A DNA stretch of 57,719 nt, from IMG/VR virus record IMGVR_UViG_3300029309_000042, positions 1-57,719 of that record; one strand, written 5' to 3'. The position numbers and the translations under genes were made by a program. This document shows, in pieces, positions 9,025-18,726 of the stretch. The notes under the pieces are model-generated. The model had not been told where the DNA came from, did not search any database, and worked only from the letters and a program-made list of their open reading frames with translations. The stretch is from a virus (lineage: Duplodnaviria > Caudoviricetes). The first letter of the stretch is position 1. Every line of letters begins with the position of its first letter.

Positions 9025-9645
9025 CTATAAGCCAGTTGTTGCAGTATGAAATGGTAAATTAAGTTTTACCAAAAAGATAACTCCAGCTGAGGTGACATCA
9101 ATATCTTCAAAGTCATCCTTGATGCCAATGATTCTAAAGTTGTCCGTTGCTGTAGTTGCTCCTGCACTTGCCACAGAAAGTTCACCAATAGATTTACCAG
9201 TTGAACCATTCTCTGAACCAAAGCCAGTACCTTCTGCATTAGAATGTACTAGAGCTTGTGCAGTCGCCGCATTTGTTAAAGAAGCATCTGCTTGAATCTC
9301 AAACACTTGGTGAGGGTTATCATAAATATGAACCGTCGCTTCTGTGCCTGATTTAATTGCAGACGTTCCAGGATAATGATTATCAAAACGAGGTTTCCCG
9401 TTTAAATCAATATATTCACATCCGTTCATAACGCCTAAGATTGCTACACTTCCACCGTCTGAAGCTGAAACATCGACTAAACCATTTGTTAATGGTATGA
9501 CCATATCACCTTGAAAAATTGAACTAGATGATCCAGCCGTCGCCGCTGTCTGTACTTTGTACTTCGTCAGCCCCATTGAGTTTGGTGCAGAACCTAATAA
9601 GTTATGAGGACGTAAACCAAAAGGGGCATCAATATTTGTAGCCAT
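9025..9645 (-). CDS. Capsid decoration/cement protein
   Basis: NIDAPFGLRP...IFQGD...DNPHQVFEIQ; directly upstream of MCP. Confidence 0.65.
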   Translation of the reverse strand: MATNIDAPFGLRPHNLLGSAPNSMGLTKYKVQTAATAGSSSSIFQGDMVIPLTNGLVDVSASDGGSVAILGVMNGCEYIDLNGKPRFDNHYPGTSAIKSGTEATVHIYDNPHQVFEIQADASLTNAATAQALVHSNAEGTGFGSENGSTGKSIGELSVASAGATTATDNFRIIGIKDDFEDIDVTSAGVIFLVKLNLPFHTATTGL

Positions 9646-9671
9646 TTTTGTCTCCTACTCATAAGTTAAAG

Positions 9672-10133
9672 TTATTTGGAACTAGTTGCCTTCGCTCCAA
9701 AGGTTACACGACTTTGCCGTTCTGGTTTAAGGATCGGCATACTTGGGTGTTGCTCTCTCATCATATCATTGTCGACAGCATCCATTTGATCGGACGTTTT
9801 TTGTTGAAAATATTTTTGTCGTTCATTCTTTGTTTCAAGAGGAAATCTTGCAAGTACCAGACCACCCACACCAATAACTCCAGCGTGTTTTCCATCCTGG
9901 ATTGTCGGTGCCTCAAAATCTGGATACTCATCAGCTCTTACTAAATCAAACCCTTCACGGAGTCTGGCAGAAAGATTTTTTACATCATCAAAACCCATTA
10001 CAGAAGTACGGATCCAACGATGCACAAAACCCTCTGGAGCTGGGGGTGCATCTAAAGTAGATGGTGGTTTCCAAGGTGTTCTACGAGTTGTTTTGTCTCT
10101 AGTCGCCTCGGTGCGTGTTTGACGGTTTGACAT
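9672..10133 (-). CDS. Conserved head-module protein
   Basis: WKPPSTLDAPPAPEGFVHRWIR...LREG...GVIGVGGLVLAR. Confidence 0.65.
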   Translation of the reverse strand: MSNRQTRTEATRDKTTRRTPWKPPSTLDAPPAPEGFVHRWIRTSVMGFDDVKNLSARLREGFDLVRADEYPDFEAPTIQDGKHAGVIGVGGLVLARFPLETKNERQKYFQQKTSDQMDAVDNDMMREQHPSMPILKPERQSRVTFGAKATSSK

Positions 10134-10143
10134 ATTGTCTCCT

Positions 10144-11058
10144 TCACGTTGTAGCTAAACTTTGTTTTTGTTTCTGTTTAGCATATTGTTCTAATGATAC
10201 ACCAAGTTTCTTGGCGATTGCAACCTCTGATTTTGTTAAAGTCACTTTTTTAGAGTTCCTTGCACCAGAAGACCTTGTTGCAGGAGCTACTGGAGTGTTA
10301 ACAGAGGTGGTTTGAGGAGCACTTTCCTCAAACTTGTGAGGGAAAGCTTCCCTTATTTTTTGATCAATGACAGTGTAATATTCATCTGTTAATGCGTATT
10401 GTTCACCATATTGTTTAATTAAATCATTATGAACACTAAAAGCAGTTAGTGTCATAGGTTCATCAGATCCAAACCATGTGTTTTTTTCAGCCCAAGCCTG
10501 AGCTTTTGGATGTACTGGTTTAGGGGCTTGTTGACCTTGTTGTGCTTGAGGTTGTTGTTCCACAACTTTGGCTTGTTCCTCACGTGTTACTTTTGCTTTG
10601 TTCAGTTCTCCAGCTTCAACAGCAAGTCTAGCCAAATCTTTATTTATATTTACCTGAGCTTCAACATCTCCAGCAGATATAGCCTCGGCTAATTTTGTTT
10701 TAAGAGTTGCTTCTTCGCTTGTAACTCGAGCATCATATTCTTTTATGTAAGAGTCATCAATGGTTTTAGAACGTTCTTGTAGAGCTTTATTTTCTTTTTG
10801 TAAGCCTTGTGCATAATCGATCGCCGCTTTTTCCCTACGTTCAGCCTCACGTATCTTCCAAGTCATTTCTTCAATACGTTTGCGTACTTTTTTACTGTAG
10901 CCGTCTAGCCCTTCTTCACTTTTTTCTTCAGCTTCAGTTTCTTTGGCATCTTCGACTTGCTCAACTTTAATTTCTTCTTTGGTTTCTTGTAAGTCAACTT
11001 CAACTTCTTCATTGTCAACCTCTAATGGTAATTCTTCTTGTTTTTGTGCTTCTGCCAT
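10144..11058 (-). CDS. Capsid scaffolding protein
   Basis: Acidic coiled-coil; C-terminal VTLTKSEVAIAKKLGVSLEQYAK; located between portal and MCP. Confidence 0.7.
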   Translation of the reverse strand: MAEAQKQEELPLEVDNEEVEVDLQETKEEIKVEQVEDAKETEAEEKSEEGLDGYSKKVRKRIEEMTWKIREAERREKAAIDYAQGLQKENKALQERSKTIDDSYIKEYDARVTSEEATLKTKLAEAISAGDVEAQVNINKDLARLAVEAGELNKAKVTREEQAKVVEQQPQAQQGQQAPKPVHPKAQAWAEKNTWFGSDEPMTLTAFSVHNDLIKQYGEQYALTDEYYTVIDQKIREAFPHKFEESAPQTTSVNTPVAPATRSSGARNSKKVTLTKSEVAIAKKLGVSLEQYAKQKQKQSLATT

Positions 11059-11067
11059 TTTAATCTC

Positions 11068-11505
11068 CTATGTATGCAAAATATCTTCAGGGTTATTTAT
11101 AGTAGCTAATATTTCATCATCGTTTAATAATCTAACTTCACCACCATCTATTTTAAATCTACTTCCTGCATATCGACCGAATATTACCCAGTCTTTTTCT
11201 TTGCACCATGGATTATACATATCTCCAAATTTTTCTTTGTCTTTGAATGCAAGAGGACCGATCTTCAAAACATATCCACATACGGTAGCCAAAGCTTCAC
11301 GCTCTACAGCTTCGTCGGGTATAAAAACACCACCCTCAGTTTTGCCTTTACCCTTGTAAGGCAAAATTAAGACACGCCAACCAGTAGGCTGAGGCATTTT
11401 ATCTAGATTGGATTCTTGTGTTTCTGTTTGTTTTTCGGGGGTTTCTTGTTTTGTTACTTCTTGATATTTTTTAGCTAATCTTCTAGGGACTATTAGTTTA
11501 CTCAT
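11068..11505 (-). CDS. groES: Co-chaperonin GroES (Cpn10)-like protein
   Basis: PTGWRVLI...KTEGGVFIP...VIFGRYAGSRFKIDGGEVRLLNDDEILA. Confidence 0.85.
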   Translation of the reverse strand: MSKLIVPRRLAKKYQEVTKQETPEKQTETQESNLDKMPQPTGWRVLILPYKGKGKTEGGVFIPDEAVEREALATVCGYVLKIGPLAFKDKEKFGDMYNPWCKEKDWVIFGRYAGSRFKIDGGEVRLLNDDEILATINNPEDILHT

Positions 11506-11686
11506 GTTCCACCTTTTTGAGCAAGAGTTTTACCTCTTGTTGTAATGTTGCAAGTTCTGAGAGTCTAGCTCTCGCTTCCTTGTAGGCTTCAAAGTTATCT
11601 ATGTTACCATATAACAGTTGTTCTTCTAAACTTCGTTGCCTTTCTTTTAGAATATTAACTATTCTATCATAAATGTAAAGATCCAT
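11498..11686 (-). CDS. Small coiled-coil head-module protein
   Basis: ORF in operon just upstream of groES. Confidence 0.55.
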   Translation of the reverse strand: MDLYIYDRIVNILKERQRSLEEQLLYGNIDNFEAYKEARARLSELATLQQEVKLLLKKVEHE

Positions 11687-11992
11687 TTATTTTTTTACTT
11701 TTTTCTCTTTTTGTTTTTTAAGGGCGGTCTTCCCCTTTTTCGCAATACTGGCTTGTTGAGGCTTTCCTGCGAACTTTGCTCTCTGCTCAACGACGGTGAG
11801 TATCTGGATTTTTCTGGCGTAGGGTTTTTTAATTCTTTTAACTTTTGCCACAGTAGCTCTAGCATCTGCTGGAGTTGCATATTTAATGCTGACAGTATCT
11901 TTGGGATTTTCATCAGTATATAATCTCCTTCCACTTCCTTTTGGTTTTTTACCAGTGCCTACTTTAGGATCTTTTGTTTTTCTTTTTGCCAT
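11687..11992 (-). CDS. Basic conserved protein (LYTDENPKDT family)
   Basis: DPKVGTGKKPKGSGRRLYTDENPKDTV motif. Confidence 0.65.
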   Translation of the reverse strand: MAKRKTKDPKVGTGKKPKGSGRRLYTDENPKDTVSIKYATPADARATVAKVKRIKKPYARKIQILTVVEQRAKFAGKPQQASIAKKGKTALKKQKEKKVKK

Positions 11993-12086
11993 TTTTTATA
12001 ACACTCGCTAATGTTTTTGCTTGTCCTTGATGTGTTTTAACAGCTTTTTTCAAACCTTTTATTACACCTTTAATTTTCTTTTTCAT
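11964..12086 (-). CDS. Small basic protein (40 aa)
   Basis: Hand translation MKRKLKGVIKGLKKAVKTHQGQAKTL...; AAGGAG RBS. Confidence 0.5.
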   Translation of the reverse strand: MKKKIKGVIKGLKKAVKTHQGQAKTLASVIKNGKKKNKRS

Positions 12087-12223
12087 TATGTTCTCCTTGT
12101 TTTTTTAGCTTCTTTAAAATGTTTAGCAGTTGGTCTGCCCTTTTGTCCAGCTTTACGCATTTTTTCTCCGCTTCCAGCTTTTATTCTTTTACGTTTTGCG
12201 TGTATGTTTTTATATAAACTCAT
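12086..12223 (-). CDS. Small basic protein (45 aa)
   Basis: Hand translation MSLYKNIHAKRKRIKAGSGEKMRKAGQKGRPTAKHFKEAKKTRRT. Confidence 0.6.
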   Translation of the reverse strand: MSLYKNIHAKRKRIKAGSGEKMRKAGQKGRPTAKHFKEAKKTRRT

Positions 12224-12597
12224 TTTTTTGTATCCACTTTTTTGGTTTTGTCATATGATCGCATTCCAGCGATGCCTAGCATACCGAACAATAAAGGCAT
12301 CATAACCGACATATCTGCTTGAGGTATTATAATTCCAAATCCTGCCAATATAGGACTAATCATGTAATTTATTGCTAACGATAAACCACAAATCCAACCA
12401 ATTAAGGGTCGCCAAGAACTTTGAAACCAGTTACCTTTTGCTTCTTCTTGGTTTACTTTTATCTGTGCTAACGCTAATTCCTGAGCATGTTTCTCGGACA
12501 TAGTTGCTATATCATGTGCTAACTGTGCCTTTTTGTCAGCATCTGGAATAAATTTATCTAGTAATCCTGTGACTGGACCAATAAGTGCTGATAACAT
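12220..12597 (-). CDS. Holin, 3TM (GTA holin-like) family
   Basis: EAKGNWFQSSWRPLIGWICG followed by TM helices and GMLGIAGMRSYDK. Confidence 0.8.
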   Translation of the reverse strand: MLSALIGPVTGLLDKFIPDADKKAQLAHDIATMSEKHAQELALAQIKVNQEEAKGNWFQSSWRPLIGWICGLSLAINYMISPILAGFGIIIPQADMSVMMPLLFGMLGIAGMRSYDKTKKVDTKK

Positions 12598-12794
12598 TAC
12601 CAAAGCCTCACTCTGTTTTTATCTACCTTAACTAATTTACAAAAGCACGAGTATCTTTTTTCATCTTCACCAATAACAATATATTGTTCATTAAGGTTTT
12701 GTTTAAAATATTTACATGTATTAACATTTTCAAAATGCAATGTTCCCGCAGGACTTCCACTTAAATAACACATAAGCAAAAAAGCTGGACTCAC
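12597..12794 (-). CDS. Hypothetical Cys-containing protein
   Basis: ORF packed in operon. Confidence 0.5.
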   Translation of the reverse strand: MSPAFLLMCYLSGSPAGTLHFENVNTCKYFKQNLNEQYIVIGEDEKRYSCFCKLVKVDKNRVRLW

Positions 12795-13087
12795 TTAACT
12801 CCTCTAAACTTAATACCCTGAGTCGCCGCTCCACCACCACGACTTACCATGCCTCTTGATTCTCTATCAGCACGATTGTCTCTAGCTCTCATTGTTACTG
12901 AACCACCCATATTAAATTTTCGTCTGGTCATTTTCATGGTAGGCACTACACCACCTTTTGCCATACCGCTATCTGTCAACCTCCTAATGTCATCTTCTAA
13001 CATTTCTTTTAAGTCGTCAAAGTTTGGGTTTGACTCATCAAGGTTTTTTAATTGTTCTTGCAGTTCTTTTAATCTATCATCACTCAT
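12791..13087 (-). CDS. Hypothetical protein with AKGG/MGG motifs
   Basis: GMAKGGVV, KFNMGGSV, C-terminal RGGGAATQGIKFRGVK. Confidence 0.55.
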   Translation of the reverse strand: MSDDRLKELQEQLKNLDESNPNFDDLKEMLEDDIRRLTDSGMAKGGVVPTMKMTRRKFNMGGSVTMRARDNRADRESRGMVSRGGGAATQGIKFRGVK

Positions 13088-13097
13088 TTTACTCTCC

Positions 13098-13925
13098 TTA
13101 TCCTAAGTTTCTAAATAAATTACCTAAACCTAATGTATTATCCTTTATAGGTATTCTAACTTCTATGTTTTGCCTAAAATCTCCTTCGTCTGTTCTTTTT
13201 GGAGACGTGTCAATTACCGTTCCTTCCGGAAGAATTTGTTGTAATTGTGGTGAAAAATAATCTACAGCTTTGCCAAGAACGGCAGGATTAGTCAAAAAAT
13301 TTCTAGCATCTCTCATATCAAAAGCTGTTTCTGTTGCTGGACCCGAAAATGGATTGTTTTCATACCCAGAAATTATAGCTTTTTGAAAATCTGACATGTC
13401 AGCACGATCCATGTTTTCCATAATGCCAAGATCTGGTTTTTTCTCTTCTTCTTTTTCTTCAAATATTTTTTGTCCATACTTACCTAAATTTTTTATAATG
13501 CCAGTAATACCAAAATCACTTGCTCCTTGTATTATCGATGGTAATGTTTCTTGTAAGAACCTTTCTGCCCCTGAAAAATACATGCCTTTATCGCCACGAA
13601 CTTGAGGCTGTAAATATGAAGGTCTAACTAAATCTGATTGATTAGCAAAATTTTGAGCTCCAAAATAATCTCCTGCCACACGATTTCCTGGCTGAAGTCC
13701 ACGTGACATATTAAGAGCTTGTGCAAATATAGGATTGTAATTTTCACTTCCTCTAATGTTTGACCTATTACCTACGTTTGCAAGTACCTCAGCGATTGTT
13801 TGTTCCGCTTGTTGATCGGCTGTGTTTATACCAGAGTCTGCATAACTTTGTTGTGCATCAGCTAACTCTGCTATACCTCCTATTCCGGGACCAAAATCAC
13901 TAGCTGTGCCAAATAGTTCGCTCAT
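13098..13925 (-). CDS. Hypothetical protein (possible internal virion protein)
   Basis: 275-aa ORF coupled to the portal gene. Confidence 0.55.
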   Translation of the reverse strand: MSELFGTASDFGPGIGGIAELADAQQSYADSGINTADQQAEQTIAEVLANVGNRSNIRGSENYNPIFAQALNMSRGLQPGNRVAGDYFGAQNFANQSDLVRPSYLQPQVRGDKGMYFSGAERFLQETLPSIIQGASDFGITGIIKNLGKYGQKIFEEKEEEKKPDLGIMENMDRADMSDFQKAIISGYENNPFSGPATETAFDMRDARNFLTNPAVLGKAVDYFSPQLQQILPEGTVIDTSPKRTDEGDFRQNIEVRIPIKDNTLGLGNLFRNLG

Positions 13926-16291
13926 CCTTGATTCCTTTGTGAAGCTATAAATCTAGCATTTTGTGCTCGCATGTTAGCTATATCTTCAGTTGTATTGATA
14001 CGGTCTTTTTGTATCAAAGTATTTGCTTGAAGCTTTTGTTTATTAAGTTCTAGTTGCTCTGCATCAGTTCTAGCTTGATTCATTGCTTCTTGTTCTTTTA
14101 TTTGTAACTCTTTTGCTTTTAAGTCTACTAATGGGTCGCTTTGCTGTCCGCCAAGTACTTGAGCTTCTAATTCAAAATATTGTTTTGTAAGTTCAGCTTC
14201 TATTTGTGATAATCTAGCTTGTGCCATAGCTGGATCCATCTGCTGTTGTTGTGCTTCCATTTGTATCTGCATACTAGCTTTTAAACCAATATGTTCAAAT
14301 ATATGTTGCTGTAATATATTTATCATAGCTGGATTACTTCTAACAGATATACTACCCATGTAAGCTAAATGAGTAGATATATGTGCATCATGGTCTTGTT
14401 CTGGAAAAGCTTTAAGTTGCATTTGTCCACCTATTACTGACATAACTTTACCATTCTCTATAACTGCGTTCATAGGTTGTGGTTGTGGTGGAGGTGGTAA
14501 TAACTGCTCAATATTATCTACACCTAAACTTATATACACTCTTCTATATGCTTCATACAAATTGTGCATTTCAGGCTTACTCGTTGCCAACTTTAATTGT
14601 TCTTGTGCCAAACTAATGCGTTGTGACATACTAAAAATATTAGGATTAGCTACTGGTACAATATCAATACGTTGGTCAAAGTCTTGTGCTTTATCACCTT
14701 CTTCGGTATATGGGTATGCACCACCTTCTTGTGATATTAAATCAGCAATAAGTTTAAACTCTTGCTTCATACCATTATACAAACGCTTATGAACAGCACT
14801 TATAATTCTACTACCACGCTCTAACAAAGCTATAGTTGTACCTACTGGCATCTCTTGATTGTTTATATTGCCAGTACCCATATCTGTTGTGCCGACAAAT
14901 TTTTGAGCCGCCTGAACCACAAAACCGAGTAGCTGAAATAATGTGCCACTCGGTTCTTGGTAGGGGAGATTAAAAAATGAGTTTTTAAGTTGGTCACCAA
15001 CAACATCTACATCACGCCATTCTCCAGGACGTAATGGTTCATCGTCATTTTTAATTCTTAAACCCCTAGCTTTAAAACCAGATGGCATATTTGCTAGAGT
15101 ACCTGAGTCTATTAACTGCCGTAAGTTTGCTGTCGCCGCTCTAGACAAGTTACCAAGTAAATGTATAAGTCCATTACCGTAAAAACCTAGTCCAGGAGTG
15201 AACATATAGTGAACAAAATACTGTTTTTTGTTTTTAAAAGCATCATTTGGGTCATAATTTCGGTAAACGGACAAAACTTCGCCATTTTCAGCACTAACTG
15301 TAACAATATACGGTAATTTTACACCAGTTTCCTCACCATCTCCGCCAATATCAGGAAATTTTTCCAAATCTAAGTAACAATGGCACTCAAAAAGCTGAAC
15401 TTCTTCATAATCGCCTTGTGCGTATACACCAGTTATTGATTCTACTGTGTCATCGGCTTCATCTCTGTCTGTTTGTCCTGATTGTATATCTATATCACGG
15501 TAAAATTTACTTACTTGAAGCTTTCTAAGCTCATTTTCGGTCATTGTAATGACTTGTGTTACTCTATCAGCAGAATCTAAGTCCGTAGCATTAAATGGCA
15601 CGAGCATATCTTTCGCCTCAACGAACTTACTTACTTGCCTACCGAGTTGTGGGTCTACATAAATCTTTTTAAAAGCACTACCACCTAGCCCCAAATAATA
15701 TAACATCTGGTCAAACTCAGCTTCATACTCTTTCATAGTGTGCATAATTGTATAATTCATATAATCTTGCACACGTTCTGCTTGTTTTTCTAAATCTGGG
15801 GTTGTTGTTCCCATAACTTGTGTGCGTACTGGACCTTTCGCTGGAAGAAGTTCCTTATATGCTTGACTTTGGAACTGCGTAACTGCTTCATTCAACATAG
15901 GGTGTACTACACCAGTAGCACCATCAAAAGGTTCTGTTCTATTTTCGTAATTCAAACCAAGTAAATTTAAGCCTTCACTGTATGTATTCAACCACTCACT
16001 ACGAGCATTTTTATCTTCTTCTACTTTTTCTAATACAAAGCTACTAATACCAGTTAATTCTTCATCATCTAACTGCTCAGCTAAATTAGCCATAAAACTT
16101 GTATCTTCTGGCTCATCCTCTTGAGAGCCAAGTTCCACGGACCCATCTTCAAGTTCGGTAATTTCCATACCTTCTACTATTTCAGGTTGGTCTTCTATAT
16201 CAACATCAACTGGATCTGGGTCAAGTATTGGGTTGCCAACAAGTGTAAGCTCACGTTCAATATTATTATAAGGGTTTTTCGGTTCAGCCAT
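13922..16291 (-). CDS. Portal protein
   Basis: TEPFDGATGVVHPML...PGLGFYGNGLIH...LRQLIDSGTLAN...GEWRDVD...PVGTTIAL; 789 aa, downstream of terL. Confidence 0.9.
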   Translation of the reverse strand: MAEPKNPYNNIERELTLVGNPILDPDPVDVDIEDQPEIVEGMEITELEDGSVELGSQEDEPEDTSFMANLAEQLDDEELTGISSFVLEKVEEDKNARSEWLNTYSEGLNLLGLNYENRTEPFDGATGVVHPMLNEAVTQFQSQAYKELLPAKGPVRTQVMGTTTPDLEKQAERVQDYMNYTIMHTMKEYEAEFDQMLYYLGLGGSAFKKIYVDPQLGRQVSKFVEAKDMLVPFNATDLDSADRVTQVITMTENELRKLQVSKFYRDIDIQSGQTDRDEADDTVESITGVYAQGDYEEVQLFECHCYLDLEKFPDIGGDGEETGVKLPYIVTVSAENGEVLSVYRNYDPNDAFKNKKQYFVHYMFTPGLGFYGNGLIHLLGNLSRAATANLRQLIDSGTLANMPSGFKARGLRIKNDDEPLRPGEWRDVDVVGDQLKNSFFNLPYQEPSGTLFQLLGFVVQAAQKFVGTTDMGTGNINNQEMPVGTTIALLERGSRIISAVHKRLYNGMKQEFKLIADLISQEGGAYPYTEEGDKAQDFDQRIDIVPVANPNIFSMSQRISLAQEQLKLATSKPEMHNLYEAYRRVYISLGVDNIEQLLPPPPQPQPMNAVIENGKVMSVIGGQMQLKAFPEQDHDAHISTHLAYMGSISVRSNPAMINILQQHIFEHIGLKASMQIQMEAQQQQMDPAMAQARLSQIEAELTKQYFELEAQVLGGQQSDPLVDLKAKELQIKEQEAMNQARTDAEQLELNKQKLQANTLIQKDRINTTEDIANMRAQNARFIASQRNQG

Positions 16292-16463
16292 GTAACCCTC
16301 CTTTTATCACATAAAAGCGTTGTCTTATTAAGTGTGCCACATTTTCACGTATCTCGCTAGAAGTTAATGGTTCAAAATTTTCATCTTCTACAACCAAAGC
16401 ATCTGTCAACATTTCTACCTCATGGTATAATTGCTGAGGTGTCAACTCATCCGTAGTAGGCAT
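16284..16463 (-). CDS. Small hypothetical protein between terL and portal
   Basis: Likely start MPTTDEL; overlaps both neighbours. Confidence 0.45.
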   Translation of the reverse strand: MPTTDELTPQQLYHEVEMLTDALVVEDENFEPLTSSEIRENVAHLIRQRFYVIKGGLHG

Positions 16464-17919
16464 TATTTCTAGGTATATATTCTGGCTCATAAACTTCATC
16501 CTCTGGGTGTGTTATAAATCCACCTTCTCTAAATCTTCGTAAAGCTTGGGTTACTGTATCAACAAAGTCATCATGCTCTCCAGCAGGAAAACTCGCACAC
16601 TCTTCAATAACTTCTTCAGCCCAACGAGTATCTGGTGACCATACTAACCCACTTTCTAGTAAAGGTGCAACTGAATTAACACGACTGAATTTATCGTTAC
16701 CTCTACTTGGGCTATAATTTTGTATTGGAATGCCCATCTGCCGTAGTTCATGGGTCAATGGCATACCTGATGCTTTCGCCTCAATCAAGACACATTCTGG
16801 ATCCCAGTATTGATATTCCTCCAAAGCTATTTTGCGTAACTCGGGAAAGTCCCACCTACCACGTCTAGCATCACAAAGAATTATGTTGGGAGGTCCACCC
16901 TCCTCTGGGTAAAAAACACCCCAAGTAGTTATTGCTGAATAGTCCGCTGTTTCTTTTTTACTAAACGCAGTATCGTATGACTGCATAACATAACTCAAAG
17001 GTGGTATATCTTCTTTTTTCCAAACTTGCCACCACTCCCTTTTTAGTATGGCACTTGTTTCACTCGTCGGGTTTTGTTGCCATTGGGCTTCCCACTTACC
17101 AACTGACAATGAAGCCTTAACCTTTAACAGTTCTTCTACTTTCCAAAAGTTAGACCACATTGCCTTACCATCAGGTAAAATAGCTGGGAACTCAATTACT
17201 TCCCACTGGTCAGCTAACACATCTCTAGCTTGTTGCTTAATTAATTTACCAGTTAAATCTATCTCACTCCACCTTGTCATTACGATTACTATAGCTCCTC
17301 CTGGCTGAAGTCTCTGGCGAGGACCTGAGGTGTACCATTCATATGCGTTCTCCAAAGCGGATGGACTTAAAGCATCTTGTTCTGAGTGGGGGTCATCTAT
17401 TATCATCAAATCTGCACCACGACCAGTTATCGCTCCACCAACTCCAGCCGCGAAGTATTCGCCACCTTTGTCTGTTTCCCAACGTCCAGCCGCGAGGCTG
17501 TCTGACCGTAACTTTACATCTGGAAATACTTGGGCGTACTCGGCTCCTGCCATAAGGTTTCTTACTTTTCTACCAAACCTCACGGCTAGTTCACCAGTAT
17601 GAGTTGCTTGTATTATCTTTAACTTTGGGTTACGTCCCATCAACCAACTCGGCAATAAGTAACTTGCAAACTCTGACTTAGTATGTCTCGGGGGCATGTT
17701 TACAATAAGTCGTTTTATTTTGCCAGTAGCCAAGTCGTTAAATTTTTTCGCCATTATCTTATGGTGCTCACCTTCTATAAAATCTTCCCATATAGCACCA
17801 ACATATGTCATAAAATCTTTACGAGCACCCTCAGCAGTCACTAACTGCTTTTGCTTTTCCATAAGTTTTAAGTAATGTCGTAATTTTTCTTCAGGAATGT
17901 TTAAAGGGGCTTGTGTCAT
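16447..17919 (-). CDS. terL: Terminase large subunit
   Basis: NMPPRHTKS Walker A, IIDDPH Walker B, QSYDTA RNase H-like nuclease, HDDFVD. Confidence 0.95.
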   Translation of the reverse strand: MTQAPLNIPEEKLRHYLKLMEKQKQLVTAEGARKDFMTYVGAIWEDFIEGEHHKIMAKKFNDLATGKIKRLIVNMPPRHTKSEFASYLLPSWLMGRNPKLKIIQATHTGELAVRFGRKVRNLMAGAEYAQVFPDVKLRSDSLAAGRWETDKGGEYFAAGVGGAITGRGADLMIIDDPHSEQDALSPSALENAYEWYTSGPRQRLQPGGAIVIVMTRWSEIDLTGKLIKQQARDVLADQWEVIEFPAILPDGKAMWSNFWKVEELLKVKASLSVGKWEAQWQQNPTSETSAILKREWWQVWKKEDIPPLSYVMQSYDTAFSKKETADYSAITTWGVFYPEEGGPPNIILCDARRGRWDFPELRKIALEEYQYWDPECVLIEAKASGMPLTHELRQMGIPIQNYSPSRGNDKFSRVNSVAPLLESGLVWSPDTRWAEEVIEECASFPAGEHDDFVDTVTQALRRFREGGFITHPEDEVYEPEYIPRNNAYYG

Positions 17920-18097
17920 TTTTTTATAAAAATTTTTCCATGGACAATGAACCTGACTTCATATATACACAAAAGGGGGGTCATGTACAAATAATTTTCT
18001 GATATGCTGTGATTCGTGCGGAACCTGTATGCACTGACGCACATACATGTATATCTCCCGTCAGGGAGGGGACCGTTAACATGTTAACTAACTACCC

Positions 18098-18134
18098 AAA
18101 AAAATAGGGCTATGGTTGTAACGCCATAGCCCTA
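18098..18134 (-). terminator. Intrinsic terminator of the TC/GA-free gene
   Basis: 11-bp stem TAGGGCTATGG/CCATAGCCCTA followed by T7 on the minus strand. Confidence 0.85.
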
Positions 18135-18144
18135 GCAGTAGCCC

Positions 18145-18684
18145 CTATTTAAGGGCTACTAGCGTACCAAAGTTAGTACCGTAGGTATGCTTAGCTAAGT
18201 AGCTAAAGCTACCTATAAGCACTGCACCTAGTGCGTTTTGCCTACAACCGTTTTGGCTATTGGCATTTGCTAAAATACTGCTACCACTTAATTGGCTAAT
18301 AGCTTGTATTTGGCTAAGTGGTATTATTTTAGCTTGGCTAGGTACAACCATATTAACAAGCGTTGCGTGTACTTTAGGGCATGTAGTTTTACCCTTAAGC
18401 TTTGTAATAGCTTGTTGGTTAACACCATTTACACAAGCCCATAATATAGCCCCAGCTACGCTATTTTGTGCTTGTTGTGCTTTTAGCATTGGTTGCCACA
18501 AAGTGCCTTTAGCATTAACGCCACCAAACAAAGTGCCATTAGCAGTAAAGGCATTTTTGTTTAACTGTAAGCCCCATTTATGTACGCCACCGTTAGCGTT
18601 AATAAATGCAACCATATTGGCTACTAAAGTGTGTGCGTTTTTTTGTGTTACTGCACTTGTAACATTGTTAAAAGTATTTGGCAT
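18145..18684 (-). CDS. Hypothetical early protein with no Asp/Glu, encoded without TC/GA dinucleotides; paralog of 20320-20787
   Basis: Own sigma70-like promoter, AAGGGGG RBS and terminator; aligns by eye with the 20320-20787 product. Confidence 0.8.
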   Translation of the reverse strand: MPNTFNNVTSAVTQKNAHTLVANMVAFINANGGVHKWGLQLNKNAFTANGTLFGGVNAKGTLWQPMLKAQQAQNSVAGAILWACVNGVNQQAITKLKGKTTCPKVHATLVNMVVPSQAKIIPLSQIQAISQLSGSSILANANSQNGCRQNALGAVLIGSFSYLAKHTYGTNFGTLVALK

Positions 18685-18726
18685 GTTAGCCCCCTTTTAG
18701 TTAGTTAAGCCGTAGTTGGCAATTAT

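Noticed and set aside
18260-18700. 146-aa plus-strand ORF antisense to the TC-free gene
   Set aside because: No RBS, promoter or terminator in that direction. TGA stops are impossible in GA-free DNA, which favours shadow ORFs. The minus-strand ORF has the paralog.
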